The position numbers and the translations under genes were made by a program. Under the pieces are notes generated by a model, which made no database searches, had not been told where the DNA came from, and saw only the letters and a program-made list of their open reading frames with translations. Of a stretch of DNA of 64,000 nt, positions 39,524 to 52,821 are shown one piece after another; positions within the stretch are counted from its first letter, which is position 1, and every line of letters starts with the position of its first letter. Source of the DNA: the human T2T-CHM13v2.0 reference genome, Homo sapiens; NCBI RefSeq assembly GCF_009914755.1, contig NC_060933.1; one strand, written 5' to 3'.

Positions 39524-42274
39524 TAATGACCCTCTCTATGTCTAATAATGTTTTTTTCTCAGAAGTCTGCTTTATATTATATTAATGTAACCACTACTGA
39601 TTTCTTTAATATTTGCATAATATAAGCTATTCTATTCTTTTATTTTCAGTATGTCTATATTATCTATTTAAAGTGCACACAACTTCATCTATATAGCATA
39701 AATTGGTAATGCCATTAATCCATCTCATCATTCTTTGCCTTTTAATTGACATATTTAGACTATTGATAATTAAAGTAATCATTAGGTTAGGGATTTAAGT
39801 CTATTATTTTATTTTTTCTGTTTATCCTCTCAGTTCCTTTCTCTTGTTTTTCCCTGCCTTTCTGCAGATCACTCAAACATTTTTAAAAATATTTTGTTTT
39901 CACTTAATTATTGTGCTTTTTAGTTTATCTCTTGATATACCTCTTTTAGTAATTGCTCTAGATTTACGTTATACACATATAACTTATCGGAGTCTACTGG
40001 TGTTGCCTTTTTATCAGTTCAAATGAAGTTTAGAAATCTTACAAACTCTTCTCATCACTTTCTTATGATTGTCTTAAATATTTCCTCTATATTTACTTAG
40101 AACCATATCAAACAGGGTTATAAGTTCTGCTTGAATTGTCAAACATAATTTAGAAAACGTAAGAAGAAGAAGGCAACCTATTTTATTTAGCCATATTTTT
40201 GCTCATTGTTTTCTTCCTTCTTTCCTGATGTTCCAAAGTTCTTTTATTGTTTCCTTCCTGTATGGAGAACTTCCCTTAGTCATTCTTTTGGGGTATGTCT
40301 GATTGCAACAAATTAGCTTAGTTTCCTTCTTCTAAGGATGTCTTGACTTTCTCTTCAATCATGTATAGAATCTATTCATTTATATAATTTACATAGAAAA
40401 CATAGGATTCTGGGTTTACAATTCTTTTCTTTCAGCACTTGAAAAACACAGTGCTACTTCCTTCTGGCTTCCATGGTTTCTAATGAAAAGTCCATCATCA
40501 TAAGAATTTTTTAGAAGCCGCTATACTTTCACCTGTGGATAGGTTTCATTTCTCTGTCATTGCTTTAAAGATATATTCCTTATCTTCAGTTTTCAGATGT
40601 TGGACTATGATGTGTCTTGGTGTAGATTTATTTGAGTTTATTTTGTTTGGGATTTAATCAGCCTCTCAAATCTGTAGGGTTATCATGTGTCCCTGAAACT
40701 GTTCATTTTTTTTTAAGTCTTCTTTCTTTGTTTCTCAGATTGGGTCATTTCCACCATTCTTTCTTCTACTTCACTGATTCTTTCTTGTGCTCCCTCCATC
40801 TGCTGTTGAGTTCTTCCATTTATTTATTTTTTTATGGTTACTGTGTTTTTCAGTTCTAAGATTTCTATTTGATTCTTTTTTACATCTCTTAGTTCTTTGC
40901 TGGGACTTTCTATTATTTCATGGTTTTTAAGCTTGTTCATAATCACTCATTGAAGCATTTTTATGATGACTGCCTTTAAATATGTGTCAGAGAATTCTAA
41001 CATTTCTGTCATCTTGACGTTGGAATCTTTTTTTTTGTCCTTTTGATTTAGTTTGAAATCTTCCTGGTGCTTGGTATGATGAGTGATTTTTTATTGAAAA
41101 CTGGAAATGTGGGCTTTGTGGAATGAGAAGTTGAATCTTATTTAAGCTTTCTGTGTTAGTTGTCTTTTTATTACACCACTCTAGCGGGAAAAGGGCGAGG
41201 TAGGGAATTTTGGGGTGCCTCTTTTCTTCCCAGAGGGGCTGGAAGTCTACACTTCTTACTTATTTTTTGCTGGCATGGGTGGGGTTTTAGCTACAGCTTT
41301 TTGGTAGAATTTGGCTAAGAGTTGAGCATTTATTTTCCAAAATGTTCTTTTTGGCTAGGTTGTGTCTTTCCTTGTCCTTCGGCTAGAGATGGCAGGCTTC
41401 CGCTAAGGTATTGTTTTTATCGATGCCTTCTTCCACTCCAACTCAGAGTTATATGAGGCAAAAAGAAGACCTAGGAATGTCACCATGTTGATCTTCCTGT
41501 CCCAAGGTCCATAGCTGGCCTGCCTTCTTCTCTTCACTTTTCATATTCTTGTTAGGTTTTTTTTTTAACATAATATGCAAGGTTTTTAGTTGCACTTATT
41601 GAGAGGAATAGGGAAGTGTACATCTATCTATTCCATCTCCACAGAAGCAGAAGTCAAATAAGCTTATTCTGAAGCCAAGCAAAAGCCATGCAATGCTGGG
41701 ACTATACAGTTTTTCAAAGGGGAATTTTCAGAAGATGGCACAGAGCAGATGAAACTGGGAGATGGAAAAAATTCCCTAGCATAGCAAAACCCAATACAGT
41801 AATACATTCCATTTGTATCTGCTTCTGGACATCACTATAGGGAAAAGGAAAAGGAATGAGCAAACCTGAGGACTGGGCTATCTCCTTATGAGAGTTAAGT
41901 GTGATGAGTAGAACCAACAGCATAAATTAAATTGTTTTGGAGAAGAGATTCTAATCTTTAAAAGAGCTTAATCTGTTTAGGGTAATGTCCCCAAATAAGT
42001 GAATTATTTCCAGCTTCTATTTCTTCTTTTACCCCCAAGGAGAGTTTTATTATTTCCTTCATCTGGACAATATGTTCTGGGAGTTTTATATATTTATTTA
42101 CTTTTATTTAATCAATAATGGAGAGTTTATGTAACATACGATTAAACAGCTATTTCTTTTATTAATCAGATAAAGAGCTGATATTCTGAGCTAAAATAAA
42201 ATCTTAAACATGTGCTTTTATGAATCTAGTGTGGTGTCATGGGAACCCTGGCCCTTGGCTGTTTGGAAGGAGCC

Positions 42275-42659
42275 TGTGGTCCTCAGCTTAGGCTGCCATA
42301 ACAAGCATGACAGATGGGGGCGCTCAAGCAGCAGATGTTCATTGCCTCACAGTCCTCGAGGCTAGAAGTCCAAGATCAAGGTGTCGGCAGGATTGATTTC
42401 TCCTGTGACCTCTCTCTTGGCTTGCAGATGGCGTCTTCTCCCTGTGTCTTCACATGGTCATCCTTCTGTGTGTGTCTGTGTCCTCATCTCCTCTTCTTAT
42501 AAGACACCAGTCAGATTGGATTAGGGCCCATCCATATGGCCTTATTTAACTTTATAATTACCTCTGTAAAAGCCCTATCCTCAAATAAGGTCACATTCTG
42601 AAGCATTGAGAATTAGACTTCAACAGATGAACTTTGGGAGCCACAATTAGCCTATAACA
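42275..42659 (-). mobile_element. MaLR solo LTR (MLT1B-like)
   Basis: ggctgccataacaa...agaagtccaagatcaaggtgtcggcagg...caccagtcagattggattagggccca...aaataaggtcacattctga. Confidence 0.9.
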
Positions 42660-43984
42660 GGGGGTTAACACACATGGGGCCACTGTCAGCACCTGGCATC
42701 ACCTTCTTGCTCACCTTGGGCACTGGTGGCCATGCCTGCCCCTGGCCTTCCCACCATCTCTGTACCTTTCCTCGTCGAAGTGCTTGGGCCCTTCACCCTT
42801 TCCAAGTCCTCATATTTGCCAGATGATAGATGTCTGTATCATTTTTTAAAGATTCATACATTGTTACAACTGTGGTCCAGGTCTCTCTAAAGAATGCCAA
42901 TGTGGCATTTGGCTTCACTCTTTGGTAGGGGCTGTGCCCATCTCAGGGTGCAAAGCCTGCTTGACCCCTGTCTGCACCTTCCCACCTCCTCTCCAGCCAG
43001 GTCTGATGTGCACTTTGAGCTGCTGAGCCCTGAACAAGAGGGACAAATGGAAGCCTGCACTCCATCTCCAGCCTCCCAACTCTGTGCTTTTGGTTCAGGT
43101 GTATTGCTCACGTCACACTAGTTTTACCTTTTCTTCTTGGGATTAATTGCATCAGCTTCCTGCAGGCGGGTCCACATCTTGGCCACAGGCAAATGGGCAA
43201 CCACCCTGCCCGCCTCAAATTCCTTATGATTTCTGAGACAGTCTTTCTTCTGATGAGTTTAGTAATGTGTCTCCCCCATTACACTGCGAGCAACATGAGG
43301 GAGTGCCTGTGTCTTCTATGGTCTTTTTATCCCTAGATGCTTTAGGGCAAAGTGCTGGCACAGAATATGTTACAATAAATATTTGCATCTTTGGTGCAGC
43401 CCCGACTTTCTGCCTCTGGAAAAATGCAACAGGACACAAGCCATGGTCAATTGTTCTGACTGTCTTCACTTCCTCCACACATAGCTGAACAATAGTGTTC
43501 CTCAAGGAAGAAAGTGCACTTTGGAGGCAGGGTCTGGCTGGTGTTTAGGTAAGAGAGTAGTCAGTTCATGCCCACACACACCCCCTGGTGAGGAAGGTGA
43601 GCTTTTCATCTCTGCTTGCAATATCATGGACTGAATAGCCAGGATCCAGAACTCAGCCTCTTCACTTTCCTTCACACTTCTGTGATTCTTGTTTTTTAAT
43701 TGAGGGGCTAAGGTTTCACACATCCAACATCTCTTTTCTCCAATGTCCTGCTTTCTTGCCCCTGCATGGCAGTTCTCATCTCCCCTTCCTCTAAGACCCA
43801 ACCTCCCACTATCCTGTTCTCCACTGCAGCCTTCTCCTGAAGGATGTACATTCCACTCCATTTGATGACCAGGACAATATAGAAGTGTTGGAGCCCCTGT
43901 TCTACTGTCTTTCACCCTCATGTGAGGCTTAGGGTAGAGCCAGCTCCCAGTTCATACCAGGTTAATGTCTAATGGGTGCAGACC

Positions 43985-44190
43985 ACAGGCCAGGACTGTG
44001 CTAAAGACTACACTTGGCTTATTGCCCTCAGTCCTCAAAACAGCCCTGTGCAGTAGGCATTGTAGTTGACCTTGTCTTACAGGTGGGGAGAATGAGCCAC
44101 AGAGAAAATAAATAATTTCTGGGAAATCATCCAACAAGCAAATGGTATTGCTGGGATTTTGAGTCCATCCTGCCACCAGCTTCCAGGCAA
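43985..44190 (-). mobile_element. MIR fragment
   Basis: ttacaggtggggagaatgagccacagaga...gctgggattttgagtcca. Confidence 0.6.
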
Positions 44191-44623
44191 TGACAGCTCT
44201 TTCCAAAAGTAACTATGTGGCCCATGGTCCTATCTGTCCTCCTTAGAAAGACTGCTCTGCCAGGAATCATGTTGAACCAGCTGGGGAATTCTCTTTACTT
44301 TTCTCCTCTTCTCTGTTCTGAAAAATGCAAAATTGACAGATATTCTGTGAGTCTTAGAGATGCTTTCCAGAAGGAGGGTGGGTTAATCAGACATTAGGCC
44401 TAGGCACAAGGTAGGAATACGTCTCAGAACCTGCAGGAGACAGTGACCCAGCATGGGGCAGAAGCCTTCTCACTGGGGCAGGACAGGTTATAGGGATGGG
44501 CTCCAGGGACTCTGTCAGAGGCCAGCCCAGGACCCTCAGCCAGGAGCTCCAAGGTACGTGGGAGGTCATAGCTGGGAGACCCTGTCAGGTGGCCCTGGAG
44601 GAAGACATGGAAAGTTGGGAAGC

Positions 44624-44996
44624 TGATATGGTTTGGCTGTGTCGTCACCCAAATCTCATCTTGAATTGTAGCTCCCATAATTCCCACATGTTGTGGGAGG
44701 GACCTGGTGGGAGATAACTGTATCATGGGGACAGTTTCCACCACACTGTTCTCGTGGTAGTGAATACATCTCACAAGATCTGATGGTTTTATAAGGGGTT
44801 TCCCCTTTTGCTTGGTTCTCATTTCTCTCTTTGCCTGCCACCATGTAAGATGTGATTTTGTTCTCCCCTCACCTTCCGCCATGATTGTGAGGCCTCCCCA
44901 GTCATGTGGAGCTGTGAGTCCATCAGATCTCTTTTTCTTTATAAATTACCCAGTCTCAGGTACGTCTTTATCAGCAGCGTGAAACAGACTAATACA
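44624..44996 (+). mobile_element. THE1 (THE1B/C-like) solo LTR with 5-bp TSD GAAGC
   Basis: tgatatggtttggctgtgtc...ccatgattgtgaggcctccccag...gactaataca; gaagc at 44619-44623 and 44997-45001. Confidence 0.96.
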
Positions 44997-45022
44997 GAAG
45001 CTCTGAAAATGCAGCCAACCCA

Positions 45023-45052
45023 GGCAGCCTGCCTCGGCGCTAGAGGGCAACT
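45023..45052 (+). promoter_or_regulatory. Candidate CTCF site
   Basis: gcgctagagggca matches core CCRSYAGRKGGCR at 12 of 13 positions; upstream GCAG module; retained CpGs. Confidence 0.4.
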
Positions 45053-46013
45053 ATAAGCTTTCCGGGCTCTATTCTACTAAGAATAAAATCCAGCATCAGG
45101 AACCTCAACCCTGAGGCTCTAATTCATCCCTGGCCACTAGGTCCTCCCTCCTTGTCTCAGCCACCTTGGCCTTGCTCTTGGAATATACCATGGCTCCCCT
45201 ACCCCTATCAATCCTTTGCACCTGCTGCTCCTTATATCTCAGGCTTCCCATGCCCCTTCCCTCAGGTGTTGGCCCAAGTAACTCCTAGTCAATTTTGAGG
45301 CTCAGCATAAACATCAGATCTTCAGAAAATCTTTCCATCATGCCTTCCTACAACACTGTTACTTGCTTGTCCTGTTCTCATCCAGTAATTCTGTATATTC
45401 CCATTAAAGCACCCTTTCAACATGTACTGCTTCTCCCACTGCTGAAGACAGAGACTCTCTCCACTATGTCTATGCCTGGGATGCTGGTCAGCAATGGATG
45501 ATGGACAGGGGACAGCAAGAGCTAGGACCTCAGCTAGCCTTCAACCTGGGCCACTTGGAGAGTGGGAACATTGTGCTGGCAACTCAAGAAGAAATGTGGT
45601 AGACAAGTGAGGTTGGTCATGGAGTAAAACAATTGAGGTGAGACACCCTGAGCCCCTTCCTCACCTGTGTTGCTTACTAATGATGTGAGCTTTGACAAAT
45701 AACTTAATCCCCTCCTACCGCAGAGGTTTCGTTTCCCCACTTCTGCTTAGGGGTCTTCCGAGGGAGGACTTCTTGAGATGCTGGGTGTCTCACTTAGTGA
45801 GATGCCTGGTACTGGACAGGGTTTGTTTTCTCTCCCTCTTGTGTTCTCCCCCTATTAATACTAAATGTGTTGAAGCTCTGGGTATCTGGAGAGTCTAATG
45901 GAATTGGTTCCCACACCATCCTGGTGGTCTCCACGGATGCTGGAGTGGGAGGAGGAGAATGGGCTGTACCCACCCACAGGCTGTCTTTGACATGTCCTGG
46001 GGGACCTTACAGG

Positions 46014-46470
46014 TAGGGTGGCAGATATGTGAATTCCAGATAGATAAGGCATAATGTCTTTGTATAGGTGTGTTCCACGCAAAATTCCAATATGCACTGC
46101 TTGACTTACAATGGTGTCACTTCCTGATAAACCCATCATAAGTTGAAAATATCATAAGTGGAAAGTGCATTCAATATACCTACCTTACCGGCCTTCCTAG
46201 CTTAGCCTGGCCAACCTTAAACGTTCTCAGAACACTTACATTAGCCTACCATGGGCAGTCACCTAACACAAAGGCTATATGATAATAAAGTGTTGGTATC
46301 TCATGTAACTTATTGAATACTAAGCTGAAAGTGAAAAATAGAATGTTTGTATGAGTACTCAAAGAATGTTTTCTATGGAATGCCATGTCGTTTTCGCACC
46401 ACCTAAAGTCTAAAAATCTTAAGTGGAGGCTTCACAAGGCAGGGACATCTGTGTTTGATGAGGCAACCCT
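46014..46470 (+). mobile_element. MER53-like hAT element split by MER47A
   Basis: tagggtggcagat...gaattccagata at left and ggcaaccct at right of the MER47A. Confidence 0.55.
46091..46451 (+). mobile_element. MER47A (TcMar-Tigger)
   Basis: gataaacccatcataagttgaaaatatcataagt...ctcagaacacttacattagcctac...gggacatctg. Confidence 0.9.
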
Positions 46471-46896
46471 CCCCAGAGGCACACGGAACGGCTTTCTCCA
46501 CTCTCAGGAGACCAGCATTTACTCTTCCATGCAAGGAAGGCCAACACAGTGTCTCTGGTCCCAGTCCACCAGCAGACTGCTGATGGGACAGTCTCCACTG
46601 CACACAAACCCTGCTGCTCTCTTCTCTGCTCCAGAGGTTCCTATGTTGCCATTAACCTCTTGGGCACAGGAGTTTAACTCTCCATGTCAGTCCATTTCTC
46701 CTTCCAGACCAGGGCCTCAGGGGTCTCCAAATCCCCCCCCAGTGGGATTTTATTTTATAACAGGACAAGTAACCTGGAGATAAACCACCCTTTCCCCAGC
46801 AGGCTGCAGTGGGTGACTATGGTTGTCTTACTTTTGTTTCAGTCTTCATCTCCCCCGTCTCGTGTCAGACAGGGTCATTAATGAAACACCTGTGAA

Positions 46897-46957
46897 TGCA
46901 CACACACACTCTTGAATGCACACACATGCACACATACACATGCATGCAGACACACAC
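46897..46957. repeat. Degenerate (CA)n tract
   Basis: cacacacacac...cacacatgcacacatacacatgcatgcagacacacac. Confidence 0.8.
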
Positions 46958-47169
46958 CCCAGACTCCACTTTTAATTCTGAGCTCAACAGTCATTAGAAG
47001 CCCTAGGCCCACTCACAAAATCAGAGCCATAGTTGGGCACCAGGACAGGCCCTGGGCAGCAGGAATGGTCTATTGGAGTGGGTGTTGCTGTTATTGTGAC
47101 TAAACTCCAATCACTTAGAAACAAAGTTTGGCTGGGTGACACTGAACAGAAGCCCAGGCCTTAGGATAG

Positions 47170-47559
47170 TGTATTAGGCCATTCTTGCATTGCTACAAAG
47201 AAATATCTGAGACTGGGTAATTTATAAGAAAAGAGGTTTAATTGGCTTATGGTTCTGCAGGCTGCACTGGAAGCGTAGCACAGGCATCGCTTCTTGGGAG
47301 ACCTCAGGGACCTTTTACTCATGGCAGAAGGCAAAGTGAGAGCTTGCGCATCACATCAGGAAGGCAGGAACAAGAGGGAGTGGGGAGAGGCCACACGCTT
47401 TTAAATGATCAGATCTTTTGAGAACTCACTATCAGGAGCTCAGTACCAAGCCATAAGAGATCCAACCCCATGACTCACACACCTCCTACCAGGCCCCACC
47501 TCCAGCACTGGGGATTACAATTCAACATCAGATTTGGGTGGGACATCCAAACCATATCA
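47170..47559 (-). mobile_element. MaLR solo LTR (MSTA/MSTB-like)
   Basis: tgtattaggccattcttgcattgct...aggccccacctccagcactggggattacaattcaacat...aaaccatatca; flanks gatag/gatgg. Confidence 0.93.
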
Positions 47560-48239
47560 GATGGTGCAAGGCTCCTTTAAGAGTGGTTCCAAAGTCATGG
47601 ATGAGGAGAATCACGAGAAGAAATGCCAACATAAACAGCACCCAGCTCCTTCTGGGAGGTTATGAGTCATGACGTCCTATTCTGTTTGTTTGCTTGTTTG
47701 TTTGTTTGAGTCCCACAGTGGATTTTTATTATCTGAGAGTTTGGGAGAAACTGCTCCAGGGCTGAGGGCCTAGACAGTCCATGATGGTGGTCATGATGAG
47801 GGCCGGCTCCCATCCTGGAATCTGCACTTCGTCCCCAGAGTGAAGGTGGCAGAGAGTGGCTGCAGGGACCATGGCTATGATCTGCCCAGGGGTGGGGTTC
47901 AGGCCCACGACCAGCCTGGATTTCCAGCCGCAGCTATCAGGGGTTCCACATTGGGTCCCAGGAACTGAGGGACATGAGGGCAGCCCGGGTTAGCCCAGAG
48001 AGGTCATCCCGACCTCCACCTCCTCCCATTCCTCCCTCTAAAAAAATAAAAACAGTGAGTGGAATGAAATAAACAACAACAACAAAAAACAGTGACAAAA
48101 TCTGTCCCATCCACATAGCCCCTCCTGATTTGTTGGCGGAGAGGGCTGCATGGATCTCTGATACGCTAGCAGATGGCTTTACATAGCACACAGCAAACAG
48201 TGGTTCCAGCTCCCTAGGCCAGGCCAGGGGCATGTAGCC

Positions 48240-48663
48240 TGCAACGGGCTGAACTGAGTTCCCCAAAAATGTAGGTTCAAGTCCTAACTCCCAGTACCTG
48301 TGAATGTGACTTGACTTAGAAACGGGGTCTTCATAGATGTAACCAAGTTAAGATGAAGTCATACTGGATTACAGCAGGCTCTGCCTCCAATGATGGGTGT
48401 CTTTGCAAGGAGAGACTTGAAGACTCAGACACGCGGGAGGCGATGGCCATGTGAAGATAGGCAGAGAGGGGATGATGCTGACACAGGGAGCGTGGAGGGG
48501 CTGGGAGAGGCAGGGAAGGGTCCTCCCCAGAGCCTTCAGGGGAGCATGGTCCTGCTGACATCTTGACTGCAGACATCTGGCTTCCAGAGTATGACAGAGT
48601 GCATTTCGGTGAAGTCGCCCAGTTTGTGGTAAGGTGCTACAGCAGTCACAGGAAGCAAATGCA
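48240..48663 (+). mobile_element. MaLR solo LTR (MLT1C-like)
   Basis: aagtcctaactcccagtacctgtgaatgtgac...gttaagatgaagtcatactggatta...cccagtttgtggta...ggaagcaaatgca. Confidence 0.88.
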
Positions 48664-51339
48664 TGGCCTGATGAAGCCAAGCGGTAATAACCAACCGGTA
48701 AATGAGGTCCATTATCCGGCTGACCCAGAAAACGTAGGACTAAAATGGGCAAATCTGATAGCAGGCACCTGGGAACTAAGCTTTGATTTAGACACATTAT
48801 ATCAGGCAGGATCTGACCCACAAGCCAGGCAGGAGGCTGCAGCGACCATCTGGGTCTTATGGCAGAACACTCCTCTGGGTTCAGGAAACAGAGTCCTCTA
48901 TAGTACTGGTCCCGTGTGGCTTTGCTGGAGCCAGGGATCAGGCAATGTCTCGGGTTGCTTAAGGCTGGAGCCACTGGGGGATTATAGGAGCCCACTAGGA
49001 GAGGGTCTCGGGTGGGGAGGGGGATGTTCTTTCCGTCAAGTGCTATGGAAGCCTTCAAGCAATGCATTGGAGTGGGGAGGAGCACAGGTTCCCTGGGGCA
49101 GCTCTGGGAATGAGGACATTGCACAATTAGAAACAAGGCAGAGAGTGAGGCCAGCCACCTTGAAAAGCTGCTTGGAGGATGATATTTTAAAAATCAATAT
49201 TCAGAGCTATCTGTTTTATATTCTGAAGGACATACACTGATTTAACATGGTTAATCTAGAAAAGGGCCTTTGAATCGTCTTTCCTTATAAAAAGGTGTTC
49301 TGTCTTTTGTTCACTCAGGGTTTCGTGCCCTGCATTTTAGTTGGTAGATATTGGTGGTCAGTGGCCCGTGCTCGAAGAATGTGGATCACAGAACTCCTTT
49401 GGATGCCTTCTCCTTGGTGTTTTACCAGGACCCATACCTGAGCAAGGATCATATATGATGCACAGTGAAGACAGAGTCCCTTCCTGCCCAGGCAGGAGAT
49501 CCCTCGCACCACCAGAAAGGAGCAAAGAGGATGAGCTGTACTTGCCCAGCGTGACACGATGCTTACCTTGAACAGAGCTTCAGGAGGTGGCCGATCTAGA
49601 TGAAGTGAATGACAGTCTCTGGTCCCATCCAGGCATGGATCCACGTGGAGAAAACCCCCAGTGCTGTGTGCCATGGGTGGGGTCAGGGCTGTTTGCCAGT
49701 GTCACTAACCTGACCGCTGTGTGAGTTGGGTTCACATTCCACTCTGGGAGTCTTAAGGTGAGCAACAGCCTATAAATCCACATTCCATACCTGCCTGTCG
49801 AGGTCCATATCACCCACATTTTTGCAAGCGCTCTTTTCCAACTCTTCTCTGAAATGTAGTACCCTAAATTCATGGGAACTTTTGATCCAGGTCCTGCAGT
49901 AAAGATTAAAAAAAAAAAGTTAATCCCTGTGTTTATAGAGATTATCTGTTCTGCTCTATTTTCCAAACTGGTAAAAATTGTCAGATCTATTTATAAATAC
50001 TGGAGTAAAATTAGTTACTGGCTAATTCAGGAGGAGCTTTTAACATTATTTAAATAGTAGGTGAAGATTTTGAGGCCAGATTAAAGAAATAAAAAGACTT
50101 TTAGTTTAAAACATCACCCCCCCCCGCTTGTTTGTCTTTATAGTAAACATGTGTTTGTAGCTACCAGCTCTATAACTTCCAGTTGTGTGAACACAAGTAA
50201 ATTGTACTTGAACTTTTTAAGCCTTCATTTCTTCATAATTAAGTTGTGAAGAATAATAATAACCAAACATGGCTGTGGTAAGAAAAAATATCAGATGGCA
50301 TTATCACTGCTCTAGAAACCCAAGTTCCTTACTTCAAAAATATATTTATCATCAAATCTCAAAAATAGTCTCTTCTTTTTTTTTTTTTTTCATGAGTGAA
50401 AGATTTGTTTCATCTGTTATGGCAAGTAATATTCAGACTTCTGTCTGTGAACAGCAGCTTGTCAGCTTGCACAAAGACCTGAGTCACAGGCTGCATGTGC
50501 TTGCTGGGGTCTGGATGGCTCTGCCATGCCTGTTTTATTGACAGCTCTCGCTGTAAGGCACCATTACTGTCCTGGTCATGGGAGTTCCAAGTAGCTTACC
50601 TTCTCAGTGCTGCATCCAATGTTGCCAAGTGCAGTGGCCACTCTATTAAAACATTCTTAGACTTCTCTTTTCTTCTTTATTTTCACAATCTGGATGCTCA
50701 TCCATTCATGAGTTTAGTTACTTTCTATTTGATATTTTTCTTGATTCTATTTCCCCTTGAGTCCATTTTATGCATTGTTACATATGCAATTTATTATATA
50801 TTTTATAAGAATTATTAAATATATGCATATTTTAAATATTATGCAATATCTTAAGTCATCTCTTTAAAATGTTATGATCATGGCTCTTCCTGTTGCCCTT
50901 CAGCTTGGTATTCTGGTAGACATGGCCAGTCTGGCCAGCCCTCTGCCTTCATTACACCAGCCTTGTATCAGTCTGCAGTGCTTTTGGCTCACATGTCAGA
51001 GAAGCTTGGAACTAACTGCTTTCAGTAAGAGGGCAGCTTGCTATGTCGTAGAACTTGGAGTCTGGAATGAGAAGGTACACATTTCTTTTTGGAATTCAAC
51101 AATGGATTGAAGGTCCTTGGCTCCACCTTCTATCATTGTCTGCCTTAGCTGGCCACCACAAGAGTGGCTGCATAGCTCTTAGCAAGCAGCTGACAGTTCC
51201 TGCCACCTACCTCTTCCCTATCCTGCACTCACTGTCACCTTTCTCAGACAGGCCTTTTGCGCTTTTACTTGGCATAGAATCATCTCTCTACCTTTCTAGG
51301 CCACATACTCCTTCAAGTCCAAATCATTGTCTCTGCTAA

Positions 51340-51876
51340 GCCTTCCTGTATTCATTATAGTCTCTTATTTTCTGTAGTCTTAATGCTCTGGATTCAGGGG
51401 TCCTGCTGACTGTGGAGAGAATTTCTAGAGTCAGCTAAGAGGTAGCAAACACTTCCCAAGAGTGTGCCTTTCTCATGCAAAAGAACCAATCCAGAGCCCA
51501 ATCTTGCTCATACACTCTAGCCAATCTTCTTCTGCCTTAATTACCTGAAGACCAGGGACCAGACAACTCAAGGCAAAGCCTGTACCTGAAACACATTGAA
51601 ATTATTCAAACCAGATGATCCTAAATCTGCTTAGCCTGTTTACTCTGCCTTGTCCATTTCTTTCCACAACAACCACAATAAAAGCTCTTACCCACCTTTT
51701 CTCCTCACTCTCTCTGTCTCCTTACGGACCCCATGCTTTCTCATGTGGCCCTGGTGGCGTGGCGTGACCCCACTTGGGATCTGTAAGTACAAAATACTAT
51801 CTTTTTAATGGAAGTCATCTCTACATCTGTTGGCCTCGCCTTACCTGAATCATAATAAAACCTGCGTTTTAAAACA
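51340..51876 (+). mobile_element. ERVL LTR (MER74/MER73-like)
   Basis: aaccaatccagagccca...gaaattattcaaacc...aaccacaataaaagctcttacccac...aataaaacctgcgttttaaaaca. Confidence 0.75.
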
Positions 51877-52670
51877 CTTCCCAAGCTAGCTTTAGGATTT
51901 CTCTTTACCAGGGAAAGTGTCTTGCCTTTGTCTTGTGCAACCCTCCACCCAAAATAGGAAAGGAAGCTGATGGGCAAAGTGGCTAAGGAAGACAGAGAGC
52001 TGTGGAGGAAGTCCAGATGGTCAACAAGATGGCATCATTATCCTGTGATGAGGAGGCCTGAAGAGAGAGAAAGGTGATGAAGAAGCCCACAGTTTGTTGC
52101 TAGATAGAAACTAAAATTAATAAGATGAGAAAAATTAATTCAACTTACACTCAAGACATAAAATGAGAAGCTCCCCAGAAAGTCCATTCATCAGGCTTGA
52201 GAGGGGAGAGAGAAATGAGCAAATAACTTACTGTAATCTGATAATGTCAGAATGTGGTGCCAGAAACAGTGGCTCAGCCTTGGGAGTTGGATTTCCAAGA
52301 TCCAGGCTCCTAGAGGAGTGGCTTGTTGACTAACAGGGAATTAGATGTTAAATCTGTTATCCAGATGCCACGTGGGCCAGACTAATGGGGAGACTGGTAT
52401 AACTTTGTATTTCAAGATTTTTACAAAAGCCAGTCACTCCTCTTTTTACCCACCAAGAACTTTTTCTCTGCTGAGGCACTGGCTCCAGGTTCCTGCCTCT
52501 GATAAGTTGTCTTTACCATGCCATGTCTTGTTCCTTCTCATCCTGAGAACCCCGGTGTGCACCACCCCTTCTATTGGTTGCTATGCACAGATTTGATCCT
52601 AACAGGGCTAAAGCAGTTAGGATAGAGCTCAGCTGAGAATTAGAATGGCCGACATTATAGCAGCTTAAAC

Positions 52671-52820
52671 CAGGGCTTCTCAGACTTTAATGCGCACAGG
52701 AAACACCCCATGATTGTGTTAAATGCAGATTTTATTACTGTGCACCTCAGCAGACTTGAGGAAGAGTGAGATTCTAAAACCTGAAAGGATCTGCTGATTC
52801 AAGGAACGCACTATAAGGGC
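52671..52820. mobile_element. MER5A-like hAT remnant
   Basis: cagggcttctcagactttaatgcgcacagga...gttaaatgcagatt. Confidence 0.6.
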
Positions 52821-52821
52821 A

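Noticed and set aside
42310-42436. CTCF-like motifs in MLT1B (agatgggggcgct; gcagatggcgtc)
   Set aside because: Three mismatches each at informative positions, inside a repeat
44710-44728. DUX4 site in THE1
   Set aside because: Reads taactgtatca, degenerate versus TAAYYBAATCA
44424-44882. 152-aa ORF
   Set aside because: Typical antisense THE1 LTR translation
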